Shown here: positions 29,869 to 37,491 of the stretch, in pieces | How positions within the stretch are numbered: position 1 is the stretch's first letter | Layout: every line of letters begins with the position of its first letter | Source of the DNA: Patescibacteria group bacterium | Lineage (GTDB): Bacteria; Patescibacteriota; Patescibacteriia; UBA10025; JAHIVO01 | Reading direction: 5' to 3' | Assembly: GCA_041650915.1 (NCBI GenBank) | Contig: JBAZKE010000001.1 | Coordinates: 119,770 to 183,769 of the forward strand | Length of the DNA: 64,000 bases | The notes under the pieces: generated by a model | Seen by the model: the letters and a program-made list of their open reading frames with translations, nothing else | Told to the model about the DNA's origin: nothing | Databases searched by the model: none | Program-made: the position numbers and the translations under genes

Positions 29869-30045
29869 TGGTGCGGGGATTTTAATGTCTAGATAGCGAA
29901 ATGGGCCGAGGCAACGAAGTAAACTGAACTGCTTCAGTTCACGAGTGCCGAGGCGGGCATGGCGATGCGGGAACCGCCGACGTGCCCAGGAAGAGCAACC
30001 CCCGCCAAAGGCGGGTCAGCCTCTGGCTGAGGCTGCCTGCCCCGC

Positions 30046-30128
30046 CGACTGGCGGGGTTAACCGGAAGGCATGCCCCGTAGGAGCGAAGAGACTTACGGG
30101 GTTGTCGGTTCGAATCCGACTCGCGGAG
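30046..30128 (+). repeat. tRNA-Asn-derived 3' fragment (anticodon-arm piece + T-arm + acceptor 3' strand) with 33-nt hairpin insertion
   Basis: ggggttaaccgg...ggggttgtcggttcgaatccgactcgcggag; last 25 nt 23/25 identical to tRNA-Asn 3' end; no matching 5' half, so not a functional tRNA. Confidence 0.65.
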
Positions 30129-30268
30129 GTGATTGTTTTTTTATTGCGGAAAACGCAAAGGCTGCCTGCCTCGCACTCTAAACGGAGTGAAGAGCTGCGG
30201 GGTTAACCGGTAGAGGCTGCCCTGAGCGCTGGGCCGTTGTTTGGCAGTTGGTTCCTATCTTATTTACC

Positions 30269-30667
30269 CTAATCGTGATGTTGCTCGTTTGACTTATTTT
30301 CCTTGCCAAGTTTTTTCATGACGTTTTGGTTCAGCGCATTGCGCCAATTTTCCGGGTATGTTTTGGCGCTCTTGAGTAGCTCGTCGCAGAATGATGCCAC
30401 ATCCTTACCCGTAATGCTGAGCACCGGCCTGCCGTTTGCCTCGCTTTCTTCAAACAGTCCCAGTAAATCTTTCAGAATGACGACCAGGTCCATGCCGCCG
30501 CCGGCAGAAAACCTAAACATGTACTTCTTTATTTCATTATAGACAACCCGATAGTCGTTGGGCAGCGCTTTTGCGCGCGCTTCCATCTTTCTCCATTCTT
30601 TTTTATCCCCGGTGACTTTTTTAAAAAAGTTATTTATTTCTTTAAAAAAGGTAGCCATATTATTCAT
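30269..30667 (-). CDS. DUF1048-family protein (PadR-associated)
   Basis: KKEWRKMEARAKALPNDYRVVYNEIKKYMF...LLGLFEESEANG...VASFCDELL matches DUF1048 pattern; 4-nt overlap with upstream PadR gene; low GC. Confidence 0.6.
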   Translation of the reverse strand: MNNMATFFKEINNFFKKVTGDKKEWRKMEARAKALPNDYRVVYNEIKKYMFRFSAGGGMDLVVILKDLLGLFEESEANGRPVLSITGKDVASFCDELLKSAKTYPENWRNALNQNVMKKLGKENKSNEQHHD

Positions 30668-30981
30668 CCTTTTAGTTTATTAATGCGTGATGATACAAAT
30701 TCCCATTTCGCCCAAAACATTGCGAGTTCCTTTTTCCCCGCGTTGTTGAGTGTGTAGAATTTGCGCGGCGGGCCAATGGTGGACGATTTTTTCTTGATGT
30801 TTACGAGAGCGTCTTTCTCGATGCGCAGGAGGATGGTATATACCGTACCCTCCACGACATCTGTAAATCCAAGTTCGCGCAGCGAGGACGCGATTTCATA
30901 GCCGTAGGTCTCGCCGCGGCTGATGATCTCGAGAACGCAGCCCTCGAGCACGCCTTTGAGCATCTCAGTTAAATTTTGCAT
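30664..30981 (-). CDS. PadR-family transcriptional regulator
   Basis: Winged HTH MLKGVLEGCVLEIISRGETYGYEIASSL...GTVYTILLRIEKDALV; start at MQNLTEML. Confidence 0.75.
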   Translation of the reverse strand: MQNLTEMLKGVLEGCVLEIISRGETYGYEIASSLRELGFTDVVEGTVYTILLRIEKDALVNIKKKSSTIGPPRKFYTLNNAGKKELAMFWAKWEFVSSRINKLKG

Positions 30982-31098
30982 GATATGCACCTCCTTTCTA
31001 TTGATTTTATTGGTGATATATAGTAACACTTAGTACTGCTATATCGTATCACATAGTAGTATGTGGTGTCAAGGAATACACCGTAAGGCGAGGCAGGC

Positions 31099-31112
31099 GG
31101 GTTGTCGGTTCG
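31099..31112 (+). repeat. Third tRNA-Asn T-arm-derived fragment (gggttgtcggttcg)
   Basis: Exact 13-mer ggttgtcggttcg shared with tRNA-Asn (29841-) and fragment at 30099-; followed by ggttcgc/gcgaacc hairpin; lies between the two PadR cassettes. Confidence 0.5.
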
Positions 31113-31381
31113 CCGCGAACCACTAAAAAGCTCACGGCACCCATGTACCCTTTCGTAGTACATGACGAATTTCGTCTTCGGAGTTGGAGATTTTTAATGG
31201 AGCAATTCCGCAGAGCGGGGTAGGTTGCCCCGGCGCATAGTCGGGGCTCGTGGAGTTCGCCTTTTTATTCGCGTTGAAATTGATAGTGAAAATCTCGACG
31301 CACCGCGAAAGCGGCGCGGAGATCCCACGCAGAGGCAGGAGTTTGGCTTGTCCCGACAGAAACCGCAGCATCAGGAGGGGC

Positions 31382-31409
31382 TTGACAGTACTATTCGGTG
31401 TATTATACT
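31382..31409 (+). promoter_or_regulatory. Promoter for second PadR operon (TTGACA-16 nt-TATACT)
   Basis: TTGACA 31382-31387, TATACT 31404-31409, ATG at 31431. Confidence 0.5.
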
Positions 31410-31430
31410 CAATATATCGCATTACGATAT

Positions 31431-31757
31431 ATGGACCAACAATTACTCAAAGGCCATTCCCGACTCCTCATTCTGGCGGCTTTGAATAAGCGGCCAATGC
31501 ACGGGTATGCATTATCGGAATTCCTCAAAGAGGAAATGGCCGAAACTTTTAAATTTGGTGTCGGTATGTTATACCCGCTTCTCCATAAACTCGAGAAAGA
31601 TACATATATTGTCGGACGCTGGGAAGAATCTGGTGGATTGCCGAAACGGGTGTATCGGCTTACCAAACAAGGGGAAAAAGAGTTCAAGAAAAAAAAGCAA
31701 GAATGGAACAATTTGTCTCTGCTGGTGCGAAACATTATTAGCCACTCAACGATATGA
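31431..31757 (+). CDS. PadR-family transcriptional regulator
   Basis: LLKGHSRLLILAALNKRPMHGYALSEFL...GMLYPLLHKLEKDTYIVGRWEE winged HTH PadR signature. Confidence 0.75.
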   Translation: MDQQLLKGHSRLLILAALNKRPMHGYALSEFLKEEMAETFKFGVGMLYPLLHKLEKDTYIVGRWEESGGLPKRVYRLTKQGEKEFKKKKQEWNNLSLLVRNIISHSTI

Positions 31758-32590
31758 CCAATGGGCAATTTTTAAAGGATTTTCAACATCACCTCGAGGT
31801 TGGCGGCCCTCAGCGTAATGAGATCGTCAGTGAGGTGAGGAGCCATTTGCAGGAACAGCCAGCTGGTCAGCTTGGTAACCCGGCGGTAGTAGCGAAAAAA
31901 ATGAACCGCGTGCATTTGGGATTGTTTGCTTCATTTTTTTCTTTGGCGATGGCAGCTACGCTAGTAACATTACTCTTTGATGTAGTTGTCCCTTATGTCG
32001 GACTCATTTATCACGGAAGTCCAGTGTGGAAAAATGTTTCATGGATATCCTCAATACTCTGGCAATGCATCCCGTTTATTTCCCCAATCCTGTTTATTTA
32101 TGGCGCGCATGCCATCAGCCGCATGCGGAATCGGTGGGTTTACGTGGCGATACTTGTAGCAATTTTTACGGCGGGATTTTCCATGCAACAGGAGCTGATG
32201 CAGGCAACGGGTTATTTATTAATCTCGACGGTTAGCGGCAGTACGTCATTGTGGTCGATACATATTCAGCCAATTGTTACTTTTTTCTTTACCTACGCCA
32301 TCATCGGGTATGCGGTGATGGCCATCACGGCGGGCCGACAACTGATCATTTCTCGTCATCCGGTTATTGACATTACGCTTGCTTTTATTCTTGGAGGCGG
32401 GGCCGCCCGCTTCTTGCTACCGATGGTTTGGAACGCCATCACGTCGTTTCATTATACGATGGCCATGTCCGAATGGTCAGCCTCCGCCTTTCAATATCTC
32501 ACGGTGGCTAGTATCGGCATCGGTCTGTTATGCGCGGGCATTGAATGGCTCCGTATACGGTCTGTAAAAAAACTCGCCACCATCAAATAG
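31754..32590 (+). CDS. DUF1700/HAAS-like polytopic membrane protein (PadR-associated)
   Basis: N-terminus MTNGQFLKDFQHHLEVGGPQRNEIVSEVRSHLQEQ matches DUF1700 N-terminal pattern; followed by ~6 TM helices; ATGA overlap with PadR. Confidence 0.55.
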   Translation: MTNGQFLKDFQHHLEVGGPQRNEIVSEVRSHLQEQPAGQLGNPAVVAKKMNRVHLGLFASFFSLAMAATLVTLLFDVVVPYVGLIYHGSPVWKNVSWISSILWQCIPFISPILFIYGAHAISRMRNRWVYVAILVAIFTAGFSMQQELMQATGYLLISTVSGSTSLWSIHIQPIVTFFFTYAIIGYAVMAITAGRQLIISRHPVIDITLAFILGGGAARFLLPMVWNAITSFHYTMAMSEWSASAFQYLTVASIGIGLLCAGIEWLRIRSVKKLATIK

Positions 32591-32749
32591 CTCTTAAGCA
32601 GTATCTCAAATGTCATTTATTCCACGAATGGTGCGAGATTAGCCGGAAGGCTCCTATAGGTTCCAGACCGTAGTGGGGAGCTTTAGTTTTTTTAGTTGCG
32701 CATGGTGATGAATATTGACTGTCGGGGGCACACACATTACAATTGATAT

Positions 32750-34237
32750 ATGAAAACATTTTTTTTCCTAGGCCTCGTAAGTGCAGGTATTTTGTTTTTT
32801 TGGGTTTCGCCTGCAAGCGCTGATCTTGGCCCGCCGCCCGTCTTTACCCAGGGTGGCATGTTGCAAACCGATGCCGAGGCGACGAATGTGGCTATGGTGA
32901 ACGAGGAGGTTGTATTGAAATATAGCCAACCCCATAGTGATGATTTGTTCGGTACGGTGATGCCAGTTCATGTAACTGCCACATTTACCATGCGAAATAC
33001 CGGCACGGAAGCAGAAACTCTGCAGGTTTATTTTCCCTCAAACGATAGTGTTTTTATCGGCGGCTATGAGGGGGAGTATGGGACGGTGAGTAATTTTACC
33101 GTTAACGGCCGGGTAATCGGTGATGAGGGCCTCGGCCACATTGCTGCGAATATCAATAGCGAGGACCAGTCTATCCTGGTCTACCAATGGGAAGAAACTT
33201 TTTTACCGGGAGAAGATACCGATCTTGTTATTTCATATGATGCCAAGAGCGGTAAGGATTACGAAGTGTACTACCTCACGTATGTGCTCGGCACTGGCCG
33301 GGGCTGGAAAGGGCCGATCGCAAACGGCACGGTGTCCTTTGAACTGCCTGAAACTCTGACAGATTATAGCGTGGTCGATGAAGCCCCCTTGGTGGCGGAA
33401 AACGCTTTGCCGTATACGGTGGCAGGCAATACGATAACCGTGGCACTGAAGGACTACGAGCCAGAATCCGATGCAGTCATCGTTCTTGGTGTCTATAATT
33501 TTGATTTGGTGCAGCAGGTTGAAAACCTCAAACGGAATGCAACGAGCTTTGAAAATACGCTTAAGCTTGCCGGTGCCCTCCACGCTCTCTCGAGCGGTCC
33601 GCACTGCGTTTTCTGTACGGGGAAAGCTTCGGATATGGCTCTATCGTATTATTTGGAAAGTTTGGAACAGGCGGCTGCGGGAAGCGATTTAGACCGTGTG
33701 CTTGCCTCGTTTATGTTCGGGGATACAGGATTGTATGAAGACTGGACACCACCTAGCCCGTCAGAGGCAAAAGCATTGTTTTCTTTCCCGGCTTGCGGAG
33801 TTGATGATACAAACTGCCGTTATAGCGCGTATTTCGACCGCGGAGGGCTTGGCGAAACACCATTCAGCTTTGATTATACTACCCACGCCTTGAAGCATAC
33901 GGATTTCTTGGAGCTGTATGTTTCAAAAATACGTTCGTATGATTCGGTAACCGCTGATGCTATTGAGCGCTATATCCAGGATGCACCAAAAGCCTACGAA
34001 TGGCAGAATGGGCAGTATGCCCTCCCAGAGGCCGCGGACGAAGGGGCCAATGTGAATAGCACTGTGGTAAATACAAATGCCACGATTACGAATACATCGT
34101 CAGAAAATAAAAACTCATCAGCCGCGTCGGTTTCTGCTCGCCATGATGACACGCAACGCAACTGGCAATTGGTCGGTTTAGGCGTTTTGGTGGTTGCGCT
34201 GGCTCTCGGCTATTTGGCAGTTAAAGGAAAAATCTAA
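32750..34237 (+). CDS. Hypothetical exported protein with C-terminal TM anchor
   Basis: Signal peptide MKTFFFLGLVSAGILFFWVSPASA, C-terminal LVGLGVLVVALALGYLAVKGKI anchor; no recognisable domain. Confidence 0.6.
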   Translation: MKTFFFLGLVSAGILFFWVSPASADLGPPPVFTQGGMLQTDAEATNVAMVNEEVVLKYSQPHSDDLFGTVMPVHVTATFTMRNTGTEAETLQVYFPSNDSVFIGGYEGEYGTVSNFTVNGRVIGDEGLGHIAANINSEDQSILVYQWEETFLPGEDTDLVISYDAKSGKDYEVYYLTYVLGTGRGWKGPIANGTVSFELPETLTDYSVVDEAPLVAENALPYTVAGNTITVALKDYEPESDAVIVLGVYNFDLVQQVENLKRNATSFENTLKLAGALHALSSGPHCVFCTGKASDMALSYYLESLEQAAAGSDLDRVLASFMFGDTGLYEDWTPPSPSEAKALFSFPACGVDDTNCRYSAYFDRGGLGETPFSFDYTTHALKHTDFLELYVSKIRSYDSVTADAIERYIQDAPKAYEWQNGQYALPEAADEGANVNSTVVNTNATITNTSSENKNSSAASVSARHDDTQRNWQLVGLGVLVVALALGYLAVKGKI

Positions 34238-34277
34238 ATCCGAACGCCCAGGGATGAGCAACCCTGCTATGCGGAAT

Positions 34278-34309
34278 GGGTTGTCCTGCCGTGTGACGGG
34301 CTCACGGAG
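34278..34309 (+). repeat. Degenerate tRNA-Asn 3'-end-like fragment
   Basis: gggttgtcctgccgtgtgacgggctcacggag aligns with gggttgtcggttcgaatccgactcgcggag (shared gggttgtc...ctc(a/g)cggag). Confidence 0.35.
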
Positions 34310-34432
34310 TTGGGCATGAGTGCGGGGGATAGGGGCGTCGCAAATCGTCTTTTTGGGTTGATTATTTGCTTGAATAAAGCTAGTAATTGAGGGATAATCA
34401 ATATATTCTTATCCCTACAAGAATCATGGACT

Positions 34433-35494
34433 ATGCATATCCACGAAGTATTTGGCTCAATAAAGAACAACAAGAAATTTGCAGTACCTATAATTGTTGC
34501 AGTTGTTTTGGTTATCGTGATTGCCGTTATCTATTTCTTCGCATTCAGCGCTCCGGAGAGGCAAGCCGGGTTGGGGCAATTTCTTGTTAACACAAACCGT
34601 ACCGATAGCGGCGAAGTGGTAGATAATTTAGTTTTAAAAGATTTTATTAAAAGCCCGGTTGCGTTTAAGATTGTTTATTTACTGCACGGTAGTCCTGACA
34701 TTCAACCGGGTGCCTATCAGATTTCTAAATCCATGTCAGTCTGGGAAATCGCTGATATTTTGAGCCAAGAGCCAAACATGAAGTGGGTGACCGTTCCCGA
34801 GGGTTTACGCAAGGAGCAAATCGCCAACATTCTGGCGGACAAGCTCCATTGGAGTGACGAACAAACCGCTAAATGGGTAACTACCTACACGGCTATGAAG
34901 TTTGATTACGTGGAAGGCGTGTATTTCCCTGATACCTATCTTATTCCCGTTGACGAGGCACCGCTGGCTGTGGCTGAACGAATGCAGAGGCGCTTTGAAG
35001 AGCAATTCACTCCATACTCAAAAGAAGCTCTTGAACAGAACATCCAGTGGACAAGCGTCATCAAGCTCGCTTCCGTAATTCAGCGAGAAGCCGCAGGTAG
35101 TGAAGATATGCCCTTGATAGCCGGGATATTATGGAACCGTCTGAACCAGAAGATGAAGCTTGAAGTTGACGCCACCATTCAATACGTTCGGGACAGTTTA
35201 GCGCATTACGGCACGGCACCCGATTTGTATCAAGATAAGAGCTACACGGCAGAGGGAACGTGGTGGAAGCCGATTTTGGTGGCGGACAAGCAGATCGATT
35301 CGTTGTTCAATACGTATCTTTATGCGGGCCTACCGCCGCGACCTATATCTAATCCTGGTTTGGATGCTATTCAAGCTGTCTTACATCCTGAAGAAACCGA
35401 CTGTTTGTATTACCTGCACGATAATACCCGGACCATTCACTGCGCCAAGACTTTGGCTGAGCATGAGCAGAATATTGAGGAGTATCTTCGCTAA
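34433..35494 (+). CDS. mltG: Endolytic murein transglycosylase MltG (YceG-like)
   Basis: N-terminal TM, YceG-like domain with WNRLNQKMKLEVDATIQY and PPRPISNPG motifs. Confidence 0.8.
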   Translation: MHIHEVFGSIKNNKKFAVPIIVAVVLVIVIAVIYFFAFSAPERQAGLGQFLVNTNRTDSGEVVDNLVLKDFIKSPVAFKIVYLLHGSPDIQPGAYQISKSMSVWEIADILSQEPNMKWVTVPEGLRKEQIANILADKLHWSDEQTAKWVTTYTAMKFDYVEGVYFPDTYLIPVDEAPLAVAERMQRRFEEQFTPYSKEALEQNIQWTSVIKLASVIQREAAGSEDMPLIAGILWNRLNQKMKLEVDATIQYVRDSLAHYGTAPDLYQDKSYTAEGTWWKPILVADKQIDSLFNTYLYAGLPPRPISNPGLDAIQAVLHPEETDCLYYLHDNTRTIHCAKTLAEHEQNIEEYLR

Positions 35495-35714
35495 ATATTA
35501 CGCCGAACCAAGCCAAATGGGTCTCCGCCTACAATGTTAATTTTCAAGATGACTGGCGGATCCGTCTCTGGCGGAAAGAATGAGACACCCCTGTGTACTG
35601 TTTTATTTGTCTCATTCGTACCCCGAAAGACCCCCTGAGATTCCTTGAAAAAGACCCCCAAAGGCTATAGACTGTAGCGGTGAGTTCTGCAATAATTTTC
35701 CTATCTATCGCACG

Positions 35715-36710
35715 ATGGACACGCGCCAGCTGGAAAAAATTATGGAGCATGAGAAACCGTACCGACTGCGACAGGCGCGGCGTGCGGTGTTTCACGATTT
35801 TATCGGCGATTGGAATGAGGCGACCATGCTGGCGACCGATCTGCGGCAGGAGCTGAATAGCGGATGCCCGCTCGGAATGGACAAAAAGCTGTATGCCTCG
35901 GCTGACGGACAAACAGTTAAGGCGCTCCTGAAGCTTGGTGACGGGAAAAAGGTTGAAACGGTGCTGATGCGGCACGGAGACGGCCGCAATACGGTTTGCG
36001 TCTCTTCCCAGGTTGGGTGCCCCATCGGCTGCGTATTCTGTGCCACTGGCCAGATGGGATTCCAGAGGAACCTGGCGCTCGGTGAAATCATCGACCAGGT
36101 GCTTATTTTCAGCAGGCTGCTGAAGGGGGATTCAGCCCGGATTACCAACGTTGTATTCATGGGCATGGGCGAGCCGTTCCTCAACTACGATACGGTCACG
36201 GCAGCTTTACGGCTGCTCAATTCGCCGGATTACTTCGGTTTGGGCTCGAGAAAGCTGGCCGTCTCGACTGCCGGCATTGTGCCCGGAATCGAGAAATTCA
36301 GCCGGGAGGATTGGCAGGTCAACTTGGCGGTCTCACTGCACGCGCCCGACAATGCCCTCCGTACCAGGCTGATGCCCATCAACAAAGCGTACCCGATCGA
36401 AAAGGTGCTGGCGGCGGTTGATGCCTACATCGCCAAGAAAAACAGGCGGGTCATGTTTGAGTACCTGATGATCAGGGGAGTCAATGATTCCACGGAGCAT
36501 GCCCGGCGGCTCGCGAAACTCTTGAACAAACCGCTCTACATGGTGAATGTAATTAGGTACAACCAGACCGGCTCGTACCAGCCGTCCGACGGCGATACGA
36601 TCTCAAAATTTATGCAGGTGCTGCTCAACGCCGGCCTGACAGCCACCCAGCGCTACAGCTACGGCAACGACATCAAGGCAGCGTGCGGCCAGCTGGCGGC
36701 CCTGCCGTGA
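35715..36710 (+). CDS. rlmN: 23S rRNA/tRNA m2A methyltransferase RlmN (radical SAM)
   Basis: Radical SAM CPIGCVFCATG, RlmN-specific C-terminal Cys (GNDIKAACGQLA). Confidence 0.88.
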   Translation: MDTRQLEKIMEHEKPYRLRQARRAVFHDFIGDWNEATMLATDLRQELNSGCPLGMDKKLYASADGQTVKALLKLGDGKKVETVLMRHGDGRNTVCVSSQVGCPIGCVFCATGQMGFQRNLALGEIIDQVLIFSRLLKGDSARITNVVFMGMGEPFLNYDTVTAALRLLNSPDYFGLGSRKLAVSTAGIVPGIEKFSREDWQVNLAVSLHAPDNALRTRLMPINKAYPIEKVLAAVDAYIAKKNRRVMFEYLMIRGVNDSTEHARRLAKLLNKPLYMVNVIRYNQTGSYQPSDGDTISKFMQVLLNAGLTATQRYSYGNDIKAACGQLAALP

Positions 36711-36805
36711 TCGGACTGGCATTCGTGCAGCTCATGGGACCGCTGATTCAGATTTCGGGAAGTGAGCATCGTCTGTTCCCCCATAGCTCGTAGTCCTTTT
36801 AATGT

Positions 36806-36859
36806 TTGACACGATTTTTGAGGTTTGGTAGACTTCATTATGGGTATATACCCATAATG
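36806..36859 (+). promoter_or_regulatory. Promoter (TTGACA-17 nt-TAGACT) followed by 24-bp perfect palindromic operator
   Basis: TTGACA 36806-36811; TAGACT 36829-36834; CATTATGGGTATATACCCATAATG (36836-36859) is exactly self-complementary; RBS GGGAGGTG follows. Confidence 0.6.
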
Positions 36860-36875
36860 AAGGGAGGTGAGAAAT

Positions 36876-37130
36876 ATGCCAAATTATAATGGGCAAGGGC
36901 CTTATTGGGGCGGCGGTCCGGCAGCCGGCTGGGGCATGGGTTCGTGCGGAGGCGGGCAAGGTTTTGGTCCTCGCTACGGACGTGGACGCGGGTTTGGACG
37001 CCGTTTTCCAGTGCGGTGGACTCGCAAGGATGAAGAGAAAGCGCTGGCCGACGAGGAAGCGATGCTCAAAGAAGAGCTCGAAGCGGTGCAGACAGCACGG
37101 AAAGAGCTCGGGTCTGAGCCAACAAAGTAG
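36876..37130 (+). CDS. DUF5320-like small Gly-rich protein with C-terminal coiled coil
   Basis: MPNYNGQGPYWGGGPAAGWGMGSCGGGQGFGPRYGRGRGFGRR followed by DEEKALADEEAMLKEELEAVQTARKEL; strong RBS. Confidence 0.55.
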   Translation: MPNYNGQGPYWGGGPAAGWGMGSCGGGQGFGPRYGRGRGFGRRFPVRWTRKDEEKALADEEAMLKEELEAVQTARKELGSEPTK

Positions 37131-37212
37131 TTGCACTGCTATTTGAATGGTACTAAAATGTACGTTATACTGCGTACACGGGTGTATTTATTCACTAAGG
37201 ATGCAGCAGGAT

Positions 37213-37491
37213 ATGCCGCGACCGCGACTGTGCAGACGGGTCCGTTTCAGGCCTGGCGTTACCTTTTTTAAACCGCAGGGCATACCGATGCGGGCACTCG
37301 AAGTAATCGAGCTCGCACGGGAAGAGGTCGAAGCGCTTCGCCTCAAAAACGTCGCCGGTCACGATCAGGCAGTATGCGCAAAGATGATGAACACTTCACC
37401 GAGTACGTTTCAGCGGATTCTGACGTCAGCCGAGGCCAAGGTAAGCCAGGCGATCGTATACGGCAAAGCGATTGCAATTGAACAGCAATGA
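37213..37491 (+). CDS. DUF134 (UPF0251) family putative DNA-binding protein
   Basis: MPRPRLCRRVRFRPGVTFFKPQGIP...LEVIELAREEVEALRLKNVAGHDQAVCAKMMNTSPSTFQRILTSAEAKVSQAIVYGKAIAIE matches DUF134 signature. Confidence 0.65.
   Translation: MPRPRLCRRVRFRPGVTFFKPQGIPMRALEVIELAREEVEALRLKNVAGHDQAVCAKMMNTSPSTFQRILTSAEAKVSQAIVYGKAIAIEQQ

Noticed and set aside
29982-30206. 74-aa ORF (GTG start) across the tRNA-fragment repeat region
   Set aside because: Its translation is read through tRNA-derived repeats (…VGSNPTRGG…). It has no RBS and is better explained as non-coding repeat DNA.
29700-30260. CRISPR array or tandem tRNA gene array
   Set aside because: The repeats are irregular in length and spacing, derive from one tRNA, and lack constant-length spacers. 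Only one complete cloverleaf (29797-29868) can be folded.
37147-37212. Upstream extension of the DUF134 ORF (MVLKCTLYCVHGC...)
   Set aside because: DUF134 proteins characteristically start MPRPR. The extension has no family support, and the AAGG SD-like sequence directly abuts the earlier ATG at 37201.
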